This document shows positions 19,431 through 28,758 of a DNA stretch of 39,092 bases, one piece after another (positions within the stretch are counted from its first letter, which is position 1; every line of letters begins with the position of its first letter). Both the position numbers and the translations under genes were made by a program. This DNA is from a virus (Duplodnaviria > Caudoviricetes), in IMG/VR virus record IMGVR_UViG_3300032373_001168, positions 1-39,092 of that record; one strand, written 5' to 3'. Under the pieces are notes generated by a model. The model was not told the origin of the DNA. It worked only from the letters and a program-made list of their open reading frames with translations, and ran no database searches.

Positions 19431-19494
19431 AACACCACCCCCTTGCATGCCAAGCATTCAATAGATTAGCTACCGCGCAGACAACCTGGCTGCC

Positions 19495-19600
19495 AACCCT
19501 GTTTAAAACCGATTTAAAAACGATTGTGGGCGGCGCTAGCGAAAACTTCAAGCCATGACAGCTAGACGGCTTAGAGCGGCTCTCTGGCGGGCTGACGTTG
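19495..19600. other. Candidate strong gyrase site (SGS)-like element
   Basis: Non-coding; phased TTTAAAA tracts and a CTAGC...GCTAG dyad; near the midpoint of the prophage. Confidence 0.45.
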
Positions 19601-19605
19601 AAAAA

Positions 19606-20190
19606 CTACCCGTTCTCGTTTTTAGCCATCTTCCACATCCTGAAGCTTTCGACTGAAGCCTCCATCTCGGCTACCAGCAGTCTGGCTGCCTCATCAATAG
19701 ATAAACCACGATTGCGTGCAACAGACCGTAGCAGACTGAAGGCACCACCTTCATTAAGGCCAGACCGGCACATGATGATACCAACAGCGGTGTTTCTGGA
19801 CTTGCTTTGCCGCCATTTTGACTGATCAACTCCGCGCGCCAAGGTAATCTCTATGGTCAACAGCAACTGCTCTATGTCGAACTGGTTGATGTCGCGCTTT
19901 AAAATGTAGCCTAACGCGCCAATTTCAGTGGCTTGTTGCACTACACTCCAGCTGCTATCTGCCGTCACGAACACAAACGGTATACCCACTATCTGCAGCC
20001 TATCCGCTAACTCAACGCCATTCATATTAGGCATGTGCTGATCCATCAACACCAGATCAGGGCGTTTGCACTTAACCTCACCCCATGCCTGAACACCATC
20101 ATCGACGGATATGACGGTATGTTTTTTTAGGATTTCTTCAAAGAATCGACGGATTAATGGGTCGTCATCCGCCACTACGATTCTGGCCAT
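19606..20190 (-). CDS. REC-ANTAR response regulator (AmiR/NasT/EutV-like)
   Basis: Receiver residues ADDD, DLVLMDQHMP, VTA and YILK; ANTAR motif AVGIIM...LNEGGAFSLLRSVAR...AARLL; AGGAG RBS before ATG 20190. Confidence 0.9.
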   Translation of the reverse strand: MARIVVADDDPLIRRFFEEILKKHTVISVDDGVQAWGEVKCKRPDLVLMDQHMPNMNGVELADRLQIVGIPFVFVTADSSWSVVQQATEIGALGYILKRDINQFDIEQLLLTIEITLARGVDQSKWRQSKSRNTAVGIIMCRSGLNEGGAFSLLRSVARNRGLSIDEAARLLVAEMEASVESFRMWKMAKNENG

Positions 20191-20374
20191 GCAAATAACT
20201 CCTTGGCCCACATAATACTATATCGGCTTCGGATAATATTGATTTGCACTGAATGGCCCGCCGGTTGATACGGCGTTGCTGCGCGATTCTGATTGCCTCT
20301 AAATCACCGACTCCACGCTCACGCGCAAACTCAGCAAGTTTAATCGCCTCCGCGATACCTACTACCTTCCCCAT
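20165..20374 (-). CDS. Small hypothetical protein
   Basis: 69 aa between the repressor and ANTAR genes, overlapping the start of the latter. Confidence 0.45.
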   Translation of the reverse strand: MGKVVGIAEAIKLAEFARERGVGDLEAIRIAQQRRINRRAIQCKSILSEADIVLCGPRSYLHGQNRSGG

Positions 20375-20530
20375 ACATCACCCGAATATAGATAAGCCAG
20401 CGCTAAGCGCTGTCGTTAACCACAATCTGAGGTGGTATGAAGTTGACCCCCGTTGTCACGATCCAGGGTGACTCGGGAATATTTACGTTACATGAGTTTT
20501 TTGGGGTTAACAATCTGCAAAATTATGTAG

Positions 20531-20980
20531 TTATTTGCAGTTTTGATGCTCGTCGAGGCCGCTCGACTGGTCGTACTCTTCGTTTAACTGGTCTGCAGCC
20601 AGGCTACGTACAGCCTGCATTATCTCTGTTCTGTTTTTGTTATTCAGGTATCTATACAGATCAATAAGAGTGAATAGCTCAGCGTTTGGATCTTCGGGAT
20701 CAATTGCCCTGGGCGATGCCTGATCGACCGTGTATTTTCCGCTGGCTTCTTGGGTACCAATATAAGAAGCACGATTGCCGGTGATCACATACCCGGCATC
20801 CACTCCTTCATCAGCAAGAATAGATAATTTGTCGGCTGGTATTGGGATGTTTTTGCACCATCGCCCGGCTGTTTTAGCCGAAACATCGCATAGCACCGCA
20901 GCCACGCCAATCTTCATGTCGCACCGCTTCAGTTCTTCCTTCAGTCGTAAGCAGACATTTATGTCTTTTTTTTCAATCAT
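20531..20980 (-). CDS. Prophage repressor (HTH), no S24 peptidase domain
   Basis: N-terminal HTH (RLKEELKR...AAVLCDVSAKTAGRW...GVDAGYVITG); divergent from ner. Confidence 0.85.
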   Translation of the reverse strand: MIEKKDINVCLRLKEELKRCDMKIGVAAVLCDVSAKTAGRWCKNIPIPADKLSILADEGVDAGYVITGNRASYIGTQEASGKYTVDQASPRAIDPEDPNAELFTLIDLYRYLNNKNRTEIMQAVRSLAADQLNEEYDQSSGLDEHQNCK

Positions 20981-21048
20981 TGCGCTTGACTATTTAACCT
21001 ATATGTCCAATACTCGAATCACAAGTTAATTTTTTAACCTATATGTCC
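20953..21048. promoter_or_regulatory. Immunity region: three operator-like sites and the early promoter
   Basis: Exact 16-bp repeat TTTAACCTATATGTCC at 20993 and 21033; related palindrome AGACAT-TT-ATGTCT at 20953; TTGACT-17-AATACT (20986-21014). Confidence 0.8.
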
Positions 21049-21063
21049 CAAAAAAAGGCAATT

Positions 21064-21282
21064 ATGAATCCGCATCAAATCAAAGCCGAAATCAACATGG
21101 CTGGTTCGTCGCAGACAGATATCGCCAATCTGTTCGATGTGACAGATACCACCATCACACGAGTTATCTATGGTGACAGCAGATCTGACCGTGTTGCAAA
21201 ACACATCGCCGAGCTGATCAAAAAGCCACTGCACAAAGTATGGCCCAAATGGTATCAAAAAACAGGGCGGGCAGCGGCATGA
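21064..21282 (+). CDS. ner: Ner/Nlp-like DNA-binding protein
   Basis: MNPHQIKAEI...IAELIKKPLHKVWPKWY; first early gene (alternative start 21043). Confidence 0.85.
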   Translation: MNPHQIKAEINMAGSSQTDIANLFDVTDTTITRVIYGDSRSDRVAKHIAELIKKPLHKVWPKWYQKTGRAAA

Positions 21283-21482
21283 TCATTCGCCCAGCTCTGG
21301 TGGTGGCATGCGGCCAATGCGCAAGGCCTTCAGGCCTATGCTGCAAATCACGTCCCGGTCTGCACCTGACAGCGGCAGATGTGCGTCATGAAATAGCTTT
21401 AATAGAGGCCGAGCCAGGTTACACAGGTATGCAGCTGCATACAGGTGTAGGTCAGACGGCTGCGGTGGTGGTGCCAGAATGA
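21279..21482 (+). CDS. Small hypothetical protein
   Basis: ATGA overlap with the ner stop; CxxC motif. Confidence 0.45.
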   Translation: MIIRPALVVACGQCARPSGLCCKSRPGLHLTAADVRHEIALIEAEPGYTGMQLHTGVGQTAAVVVPE

Positions 21483-21694
21483 CCGCTACAACCTCTTTTA
21501 TATTGCGCCTCATCCAGATTTGCAAACTGCCATTGATTTCCAGCTGTATGCGCAGCCCTGGCACATCCCGTATTTGGGCTAGCAACTCCTTACTCAAAGC
21601 GTCACAGCTCTCGATGTATTTCATTTCATTTACCCCCGTTGCGTCTGTTTGTGGAAATAGCGTAGCCAACCAGGAGGTCTGCGTCAGTGGATAG
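21479..21694 (+). CDS. Small hypothetical protein
   Basis: ATGA-coupled ORF; overlaps an antisense ORF. Confidence 0.35.
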   Translation: MTATTSFILRLIQICKLPLISSCMRSPGTSRIWASNSLLKASQLSMYFISFTPVASVCGNSVANQEVCVSG

Positions 21695-22175
21695 AAACGA
21701 AGATTCTTTTACCAGTAAACCGATGCAGCAGGATCTGCTGCACGGCCTGGAGCATGTCGAGCCGGATTATCTGGCAGGCAATGCGCCCGACCTGGACATC
21801 CGAGACAAGCTGCGGGTGTTCCTCAAAGAGGCGCTGACTCTAGCGCGCAAGAATTACGGCCTGAGCCGTGACCGGGTAGTTGATCGCATCAACCTTTGCC
21901 TGGCAGAAGAGGACCAGATCACCGAGCGCCAACTCAATGGCTGGCTGGCCGTCAGCGCTGAAGACCGGCCTTTTCCCTTACATATTCTGCCTGCCTTTAT
22001 ATGGGCAACGCGCGGCAACCTGTCCCCGCTTGAAGTAGTCACCGAGTCGCTAGGGCTGCATCTCATGGATCACCAGGAAGTCATCGCCGCTCGACTTGGC
22101 GAGAACATCATTAACAAAACCCGCGCCGCCAAAGAAGAGCGAGAGCTGCGCAACTTACTTGTAAACAGGAGATAA
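21687..22175 (+). CDS. Early regulatory protein (CII-like HTH, common in transposable phages)
   Basis: LSRDRVVDRIN...ITERQLNGW...FPLHILPAF pattern; CAGGAGG RBS. Confidence 0.75.
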   Translation: MDRNEDSFTSKPMQQDLLHGLEHVEPDYLAGNAPDLDIRDKLRVFLKEALTLARKNYGLSRDRVVDRINLCLAEEDQITERQLNGWLAVSAEDRPFPLHILPAFIWATRGNLSPLEVVTESLGLHLMDHQEVIAARLGENIINKTRAAKEERELRNLLVNRR

Positions 22176-22179
22176 ATAG

Positions 22180-23145
22180 ATGGCTAAAAAACAGGACATC
22201 ACAACAGCTGTAGATCATGACGACGAAACGCAAATGATCGCTGAACGGCTGGTCTTTTTGAAAGCAGAGACTAAGTGGGATCTGCCAGTGAATCGCAACA
22301 AGGCGCTAGCCGGGGCACCGCTTCAAGAATGGCTGCTAAAAAAAGAAGAAGAAGCAACACGGTCAGCGGTTGAACGTGGCATTGGTTACGGCCTGCTTAA
22401 GAGAGAGCTTGGGCATGGTGCTTATGAGGGGTGGCTTAAAGACAACGGCATCGCCCCTCGCACCGCACAGCGATGCATGAAGTCAGCTCAATTGCTTATG
22501 GGTATGTCGAACTCAAATGCGCCGCGCGCGGCGCTTTTGCCCCAACGAAAACTCGATGTACTGGTTAGCCTGCCAGCAGTAGTGGTGGATGAAATGTTCA
22601 ACGAAGGCGAACTAGACAACATTGAACACCTTAATCGTGAACAACTCCAAGAAATCGTCCAGCTCCGCAAGCAGCTCGACAGCGAGTATAAAAAGAACGA
22701 CCGTCTCTCTGAGCGTGTTGGCCAGCTGGATGAAGAGGCCCGCCAGAACAAAGCACTGCCAGAGACTGCCCTATATATAAAAGAGTTACGCCGGGCGCTG
22801 CTGGAAGAGACTGAATGCCTACGCGCTAACAGCCACACCATGCAAAGCATTATGGATAGAGCTGCGATGCTGCCTGAGGATATGACACAGGCTGACTGGG
22901 ACAGCATTGCCCACCCGCTGATGTATGCCCTGCAAGGGCTGCATGCCACCGCCTCCGCGCTTTATGACAAGGGCTTTGAGTTGTGTAGTGACTTCAAACC
23001 TGACGTTGATGTGTTCCCACCCGAGCTTGACAAGAAAGAAGTCGCTAATGCTAAGCGGCTGATGAAGTCGTTTGATAACGAGGCCCAGCTGCGCGACAAA
23101 CTACGCCAGGTAGATTTGGCGCCAACGAGCAAGAAGGCTAAGTAA
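22180..23145 (+). CDS. DUF3102-like protein
   Basis: GLLKRELGHGAYEGWL...IAPRTAQRCM motif; located upstream of the transposase. Confidence 0.75.
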   Translation: MAKKQDITTAVDHDDETQMIAERLVFLKAETKWDLPVNRNKALAGAPLQEWLLKKEEEATRSAVERGIGYGLLKRELGHGAYEGWLKDNGIAPRTAQRCMKSAQLLMGMSNSNAPRAALLPQRKLDVLVSLPAVVVDEMFNEGELDNIEHLNREQLQEIVQLRKQLDSEYKKNDRLSERVGQLDEEARQNKALPETALYIKELRRALLEETECLRANSHTMQSIMDRAAMLPEDMTQADWDSIAHPLMYALQGLHATASALYDKGFELCSDFKPDVDVFPPELDKKEVANAKRLMKSFDNEAQLRDKLRQVDLAPTSKKAK

Positions 23146-24851
23146 TGAAAGCCTTGCCTGCCTACTCACCACATCTTCGTGTTGTCACTAACGACGATCT
23201 TAAGGCCTTGCCGTTGAACGATAAACAGAAAGCAAAGCAAGATGCCCTGGTGGTCGTGATGCGCTATGTGCGTAAGTTGCGTGGTGAAATGGGCGGGGCT
23301 TCTTTAAGCCCTGCAATTGATGATTTTGAAAAGCTATTCATAAATAATTTAATACCCGCTGTCGTATTAAATGCCTTGGCAATATTACGGCCCACAAAGA
23401 AAGACAAATGCCCTAATCGAGCAACCCTGTTTCGCTGGGATGACAAATACCGCAAGCATCTAAATGGAGATGAAACAGCAGCGGCTCCCAAGCACCGGGG
23501 TAGTGACCGAAAAAACTATGGATGGGAAGCCAGAGCAATCGCGCTTTATAACAAACCATCTAAACCTGCAATGGCAGCCGTGGCCGAGTGGTTGGTTGAT
23601 GAAGGCTTTAAAGAGGTAACAGCCAGTCGTGTTAGTCGTTATTTAAAAACCCTGCCCGCCAATTTGGGCGAGCATGGTCGAGGCCGTTTAGGCAGTCACT
23701 TTTATAACAATACACAGAAGGGATTTAAACGCCGCGACACATCAGTGTTTCCGGTTGGCTTTATCTATCAAGGCGACGGCCATTGTGTTGATGCCTATGT
23801 TGCTCATCCTCGCACTGGCGATATATGGCGGCCTGAGCTAACCGTGTGGATTGATATTACCAGCCGTTATTTGGTGGGGTGGTATATCAGTGAGGCAGAA
23901 TCGTCACACTCCACGCTATTTGCACTCAGCCATGCGTTATGCAGCTGGGATCATGTGCCTGCCATGCTGCACATTGATAATGGCTCTGGGTTTCGTTCAA
24001 AGATGATGAACGATGACAGCGCGGGGTTTTACGCCAAGTTTGATATTGATCCTATGTTTTCAATCCCCGGCAATGCTAAAGGCAAAGGCCAGGTAGAGCG
24101 CTGGTTTCGCACGATGGAAGGTAAGTACGGCAAAAAGCTGGACACCTTTTGTGGTGGCGACATGGCCGACGAAGTCAAACAACGCATCGTGCGTGAAAAC
24201 AAACGTGGCAACTATAAATTACCCAGCCTTCAAGAATACATGACCGGGCTAGAAGCATTTATCGAACGTTATAACAACACTGTGCATTCTGCGCTCGATG
24301 GAAAAACACCCGCTGAATTATGGGCAACTCTGGAACGCACACCACTACATATGTCTGCTGAAGCGGTAGTGCTGCCTAAGACACAGCGCACTGTGCGCCG
24401 AGGCACTATTCATCTCGATAATCGTGAATATAACGCAGCAGATTTAATTGCCTACAACGGTGATTCCGTCATCGTTGAATACGATTTGCATGATGACAAA
24501 AAGGTGCGCGTATTAACTCAAGAAGGTCGCTGGATATGTGATGCGGCACTGGTGTTCAAAATTGATTACCTACCGGCCTCGCGTGTTGAAGAAGCCGCAA
24601 CGAAACGCCTTAAGGGTCAGCATAAGCGTTTGCAAAATAAACTGGATGAAGTGACTGACCGTGCCGGGCTAGCCATCACCCACGATATGGTGATTGATGA
24701 TATTGAAGCGCTCAACGAAGGCGCAAGCATGTTGCTTGAAGATCAACAGAATGATGAAAGTTTGGAAGTGAATTTGGAGACAGGTGCTGGAACACCCGTC
24801 CCCGATAGCAGTGCCAGCGATGAGCTGGATATTTTTAGTACCGACTACTAG
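23145..24851 (+). CDS. DDE transposase (MuA-like)
   Basis: Catalytic motifs YQGDGH, HIDNGSGF and KGQVERWF; YNNTVHSAL; Mu transposase C-terminal region. Confidence 0.96.
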   Translation: MKALPAYSPHLRVVTNDDLKALPLNDKQKAKQDALVVVMRYVRKLRGEMGGASLSPAIDDFEKLFINNLIPAVVLNALAILRPTKKDKCPNRATLFRWDDKYRKHLNGDETAAAPKHRGSDRKNYGWEARAIALYNKPSKPAMAAVAEWLVDEGFKEVTASRVSRYLKTLPANLGEHGRGRLGSHFYNNTQKGFKRRDTSVFPVGFIYQGDGHCVDAYVAHPRTGDIWRPELTVWIDITSRYLVGWYISEAESSHSTLFALSHALCSWDHVPAMLHIDNGSGFRSKMMNDDSAGFYAKFDIDPMFSIPGNAKGKGQVERWFRTMEGKYGKKLDTFCGGDMADEVKQRIVRENKRGNYKLPSLQEYMTGLEAFIERYNNTVHSALDGKTPAELWATLERTPLHMSAEAVVLPKTQRTVRRGTIHLDNREYNAADLIAYNGDSVIVEYDLHDDKKVRVLTQEGRWICDAALVFKIDYLPASRVEEAATKRLKGQHKRLQNKLDEVTDRAGLAITHDMVIDDIEALNEGASMLLEDQQNDESLEVNLETGAGTPVPDSSASDELDIFSTDY

Positions 24852-24868
24852 CAAAGGGAGTTTATCAC

Positions 24869-25924
24869 ATGGTAACAAAAGCAACCAAACACACTCAAAG
24901 CCTGGTGGCGACACCAAAGGTATGGGGTGAAAAGTTTTCTGAAGATGACAAACAAAAAACCATTCAGGTGATCGACTGGCTTAACGAAGGGCAGGAGCAT
25001 GTGCCTGGATTTGAAAATCAGCGCACTCAGAAAAAATTGTCGCGCTCTTCAGGTGTTCATTTCACGACACTCAACACCATATTAAAAGGCACCTACCCAA
25101 GCCCACCGGGTAAGCATCTCGACAAGCTGATAGACACTATAAGCCGTTCAAATGATCGCGACCAGGAGGTCATGATAACGCCTATTGTTGAGACCTCTGT
25201 TTATCGCGCAGTGAATGCCGCCTGTGTCCGGGCCCACAAATATCGCAACTTCGGTGTGGTATCAGCCTTTGTAGGCACCGGCAAAACCACCGCACTCAAA
25301 CACTATGCCAACACCCATGCCAACGTATATCTGGTAGAGGCCGATCCAGACATGAATGCCAGTGTATTGGTAACAACACTGGTGGAAATTACCAACGCAG
25401 TAGTCCACAAGACCAATAAATATGGCACCGGCACCAAGCCGGAAAAAATGCGCGCAATCATCAACACATTAAAGGGCACCGACAGCCTGTTGATTATTGA
25501 TGAAGCCGAAACCGTAACCACTCAAACACTGGAATATGTGCGCCGAATTTCAGACAAGGCCGAGATTGGTGTGGTGCTGGCTGGAACTCAAAAACTAAAA
25601 CCTCTGATTAAAGATCCGCAGGGTCGCTTTGGTCAGATTAGTTCACGCGTTTCATTTTGGCCTGCCGTGATCAAAGGCATCACTGAGAAAGATGCCAACC
25701 AGATCACCCAGGCAGCAATGATCCAAGACGGAGTTGAACTCACTGAAAATGTGCTGGATGCCTTTTGGCAGATGAGCGATGGCTCGGCGCGTGTATTGGC
25801 AAACTCACTAATACCTGGTGTGCGTGACTATGGTCTGCGCCGAAGCAAGGAACTAACACCCGACCTGATTTACAAGGTTGGTCAGGAACTACTTGGTTTT
25901 AAACGTCCACAACGGAGGGTTTGA
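24869..25924 (+). CDS. Transposition ATPase (MuB-like)
   Basis: Walker A-like AFVGTGKTT, Walker B LLIIDEAE, QISSRV. Confidence 0.95.
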   Translation: MVTKATKHTQSLVATPKVWGEKFSEDDKQKTIQVIDWLNEGQEHVPGFENQRTQKKLSRSSGVHFTTLNTILKGTYPSPPGKHLDKLIDTISRSNDRDQEVMITPIVETSVYRAVNAACVRAHKYRNFGVVSAFVGTGKTTALKHYANTHANVYLVEADPDMNASVLVTTLVEITNAVVHKTNKYGTGTKPEKMRAIINTLKGTDSLLIIDEAETVTTQTLEYVRRISDKAEIGVVLAGTQKLKPLIKDPQGRFGQISSRVSFWPAVIKGITEKDANQITQAAMIQDGVELTENVLDAFWQMSDGSARVLANSLIPGVRDYGLRRSKELTPDLIYKVGQELLGFKRPQRRV

Positions 25925-25926
25925 TC

Positions 25927-26193
25927 ATGGCTACATATACAGACGAACAGTTAGAGCATTGGGGTGAAGTCTTTGTTAATCAGGATATATCTGATTACGG
26001 GGTGTCGTTTGAACAGTTCCTCACACAGCCAGAAGAGTACTCAAGAAAGGCCATCATTATTCGCGGACTGAGTGAGGTAGTCGAAACTCTCAAGCATGAA
26101 CCTGATATGCAACAACGCGGTTCGCAGATGATTAGCCCTACCAGACACAACGCACCGACCAAACAATGGAAAACAGGGAGGTATGCACTATGA
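25927..26193 (+). CDS. Hypothetical protein
   Basis: GGAGG RBS; within the early operon. Confidence 0.7.
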   Translation: MATYTDEQLEHWGEVFVNQDISDYGVSFEQFLTQPEEYSRKAIIIRGLSEVVETLKHEPDMQQRGSQMISPTRHNAPTKQWKTGRYAL

Positions 26194-26396
26194 AAACTCA
26201 ACTCGAAAATATCGGCTATTGCCAGGGCTTGTGCGGTGGTTTGATGAGTCACCATCTGGTGGATGGGTTATGCCCATGTTGTAGGAAGGACAAACGCATC
26301 CATAGCTCGACCGAACTGAATCATGAAGACATTCTTGGAATTGAAGCCGAAGTCACGTCATCAATTTCTTGGCAACAACCGGGAGTACAGCAATGA
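26190..26396 (+). CDS. Small Cys-rich protein
   Basis: ATGA overlap, GGAGG RBS; CQGLC...CPCC. Confidence 0.65.
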   Translation: MKTQLENIGYCQGLCGGLMSHHLVDGLCPCCRKDKRIHSSTELNHEDILGIEAEVTSSISWQQPGVQQ

Positions 26397-26980
26397 TTCC
26401 GTACACAGTAGAAACTGCCAGTGGGCTTGTTGTGGATCTAGTCACACCTACGCCAGAGACTATCAATATCAGAGACATTGCCTGGTCGCTTTCACGACTG
26501 GCGCGTTATAACGGCCACACCCTTGGTGATTTTCCCTATAGCGTAGCGCAGCACTCATGTTGGGTGGCTAACCGGGTAATGTCGAAGACCAATGATAAAT
26601 CCTTCGCGCTGTATGCCTTGTTACATGATGCCCATGAAGCTTATACAGGCGACATGGTCTCACCAATGAAATGGCTGGATCGACTCAGTCACATTATTAA
26701 AGACATCGAGTTTAGCCTGCAACAGGCTATCCATACCGCTGTTGATATGCCACCGACAAGAAAGGCCGTGAGAGACGCCATCAAACAGGCCGACAAAGAG
26801 GCACTGGCGGTAGAGGCTTATCACTTGATGCCTTCACGCGGTCGAGACTGGAACCTGCCAGTGGTTAGCGACGACTTACTTAATGCGTTTGAATCGCCAC
26901 TGGCACCAATCGATGCTTATGGTTTGTTTCTTAGAACATGGGAACAGCTAAACACGCCACAGTTGCAGGAAGTTGGTTAA
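26393..26980 (+). CDS. HD-domain phosphohydrolase (YfbR/5'-deoxynucleotidase-like)
   Basis: DIAWSLS..ARYNGH, YSVAQHS, LLHDAHEAYTGD and ADKEALAVE motifs. Confidence 0.92.
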   Translation: MIPYTVETASGLVVDLVTPTPETINIRDIAWSLSRLARYNGHTLGDFPYSVAQHSCWVANRVMSKTNDKSFALYALLHDAHEAYTGDMVSPMKWLDRLSHIIKDIEFSLQQAIHTAVDMPPTRKAVRDAIKQADKEALAVEAYHLMPSRGRDWNLPVVSDDLLNAFESPLAPIDAYGLFLRTWEQLNTPQLQEVG

Positions 26981-27510
26981 TGGCAATACGCGGCGTTTGT
27001 CCTGACTGCGGCTTTAAGTTTCCGCTGCAGCTGGCCCTAACCGATGCTGATGCCCGGCAGGCACTATTGTCTGCACTAGAGATCGCACCCTCATTGTCAG
27101 GGCGCATCATTCAATACCTGAGCCTATTTAGCCCTGGCGATCGCGCCATGCGTATGGATGCTTTAGCGGCCCGATTAAAGGAGCTGGCTAAAGCAATCAA
27201 GAACGCTGAAGTGGAACGCGAAGGCCGCACCTGGTCGGCACCGTTGGACTATTGGCGTGATGGCATCGATCACATGCTTAACACCCGCGACAAGCTGCGC
27301 CTGCCACTTAAAGATCACGGCTATCTGTTTGCCATTGTCGCCAACACCAGCATGAAGGTAGCCGGCAAGAAAGAAGCTAAGAAGGAACATCAACGCAAGC
27401 ATCACCAAAAGGGAGAACGCAGTGGTATGCAGAAAGCAGGTGATCACTTAGCGTCTGGCAAATCCAAGGTCAAAGACATCAAGGCAAGTCTGACAGGGAG
27501 CAAACAATAA
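26980..27510 (+). CDS. Conserved Mu-like phage hypothetical protein
   Basis: CPDCG N-terminus, YLSLFSP, LPLKDHGYL; TAATG coupling. Confidence 0.8.
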   Translation: MAIRGVCPDCGFKFPLQLALTDADARQALLSALEIAPSLSGRIIQYLSLFSPGDRAMRMDALAARLKELAKAIKNAEVEREGRTWSAPLDYWRDGIDHMLNTRDKLRLPLKDHGYLFAIVANTSMKVAGKKEAKKEHQRKHHQKGERSGMQKAGDHLASGKSKVKDIKASLTGSKQ

Positions 27511-27887
27511 TGCCCGATATGGATCGGCAAGAACTGAAAGAGGCTGTGCTGAACGTGTTAAAGCAACACGATGATTATGAAAACTGCATTAAAAAAGAGG
27601 CGCTGTGGTCAACCGTGACAGGGGAGCTGATTATTCCAAAACGAAGAAACGATCAAACCAGACCGCTACGTTCAATCATTGAGGCGTTACAAAAAGATGG
27701 GTATCCCATCTGCCATCGTTCTGGAATATATGGAGGGTTTTTTTATAGCAAAGAACATAAATATGTAATCAAACAGGCACACCGCCATCACAAGTGCGCC
27801 ATGACACACCTGCGCAGAAAAAAACATCTGCTCAGGATCAACAACAAAGAAGTACTGAAGCAAGTAGAACTTGACCTAAAACAATGA
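27510..27887 (+). CDS. Putative winged-helix DNA-binding protein
   Basis: LRSIIEALQKDGYPIC...GGFF pattern. Confidence 0.7.
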   Translation: MPDMDRQELKEAVLNVLKQHDDYENCIKKEALWSTVTGELIIPKRRNDQTRPLRSIIEALQKDGYPICHRSGIYGGFFYSKEHKYVIKQAHRHHKCAMTHLRRKKHLLRINNKEVLKQVELDLKQ

Positions 27888-27902
27888 AGAGGAAAAACAA
27901 CA

Positions 27903-28439
27903 ATGGCTAAGCCTAACCGTATTAAAACCGACGCCGTGCCTGCACCAGCGACCCAAGATCAAGCCGAAGAACTATTGGCACAGATTGGCCGCATGCAACG
28001 CCAGGTGGCCAACATTGAAGGCGAGATGAATAATGAGCTATCTGCCATCAAACAAAAATTTGAGCAGCAGGCCCAGCCCGTCAATTCCGAAATCGAGGCT
28101 AAGTTTCATGCTTTGCATATTTGGGCAGAGGCAAATCGTTCAACCATTCTGAAAGGCCGCAGTAAAACAGCCAAGCTGGCAACAGGTGAGCTTCAATGGC
28201 GTGTAACACCGAAGAAGGTTTCTATCCGTGGTCAGGACACCGTGATAGAAACACTAAAGCGTTTAGGCATGAGCAACCTGGTTCGTTCCAAAGAAGAGGT
28301 CAACAAAGAAGCCATCTTATTGGATGAGAAGAAAGTATCAGGCATCAATGGAATATCGATCAGCCAGCGTGAGGAATTTGTGGCCAAGCCGTTTGAGTCG
28401 AATATCGAACGGGCCGAGCCGGTTAAGAAGGCTGCATAA
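27903..28439 (+). CDS. gam: Host-nuclease inhibitor Gam
   Basis: WAEANR...SKTAKLATGELQWR...VRSKEEVNKEAIL motif of Mu Gam. Confidence 0.93.
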   Translation: MAKPNRIKTDAVPAPATQDQAEELLAQIGRMQRQVANIEGEMNNELSAIKQKFEQQAQPVNSEIEAKFHALHIWAEANRSTILKGRSKTAKLATGELQWRVTPKKVSIRGQDTVIETLKRLGMSNLVRSKEEVNKEAILLDEKKVSGINGISISQREEFVAKPFESNIERAEPVKKAA

Positions 28440-28494
28440 GTTAATAACGACTGACCCACGTTACGGGTCTTTTTGATTAACGAGGTAAACATAG

Positions 28495-28746
28495 ATGAAC
28501 GAAGCACCAGAACAATGTCATGAATGCGGATGTATAGGTCAGCACTACAAAGGTTGTTCATCTTCTTCTTTTCAAATATCTGAAAATAATCACTGCAAGC
28601 TGATAGGCGAAGCAACGACGGTTGGGGAACTAAAAAAATTCCTTTCTGGCTACGACGATAACGCATCATTCGGATTTAGAAGCCAGCCTATGCAAGCTCT
28701 TTATGAAGTGCGTTATGGCAAAGAGAAATACGTTGTATTCCAATAA
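28495..28746 (+). CDS. Hypothetical protein
   Basis: 83 aa; GAGGT RBS; TVGELKKFL motif. Confidence 0.65.
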   Translation: MNEAPEQCHECGCIGQHYKGCSSSSFQISENNHCKLIGEATTVGELKKFLSGYDDNASFGFRSQPMQALYEVRYGKEKYVVFQ

Positions 28747-28758
28747 CGCCTAGCTGTA

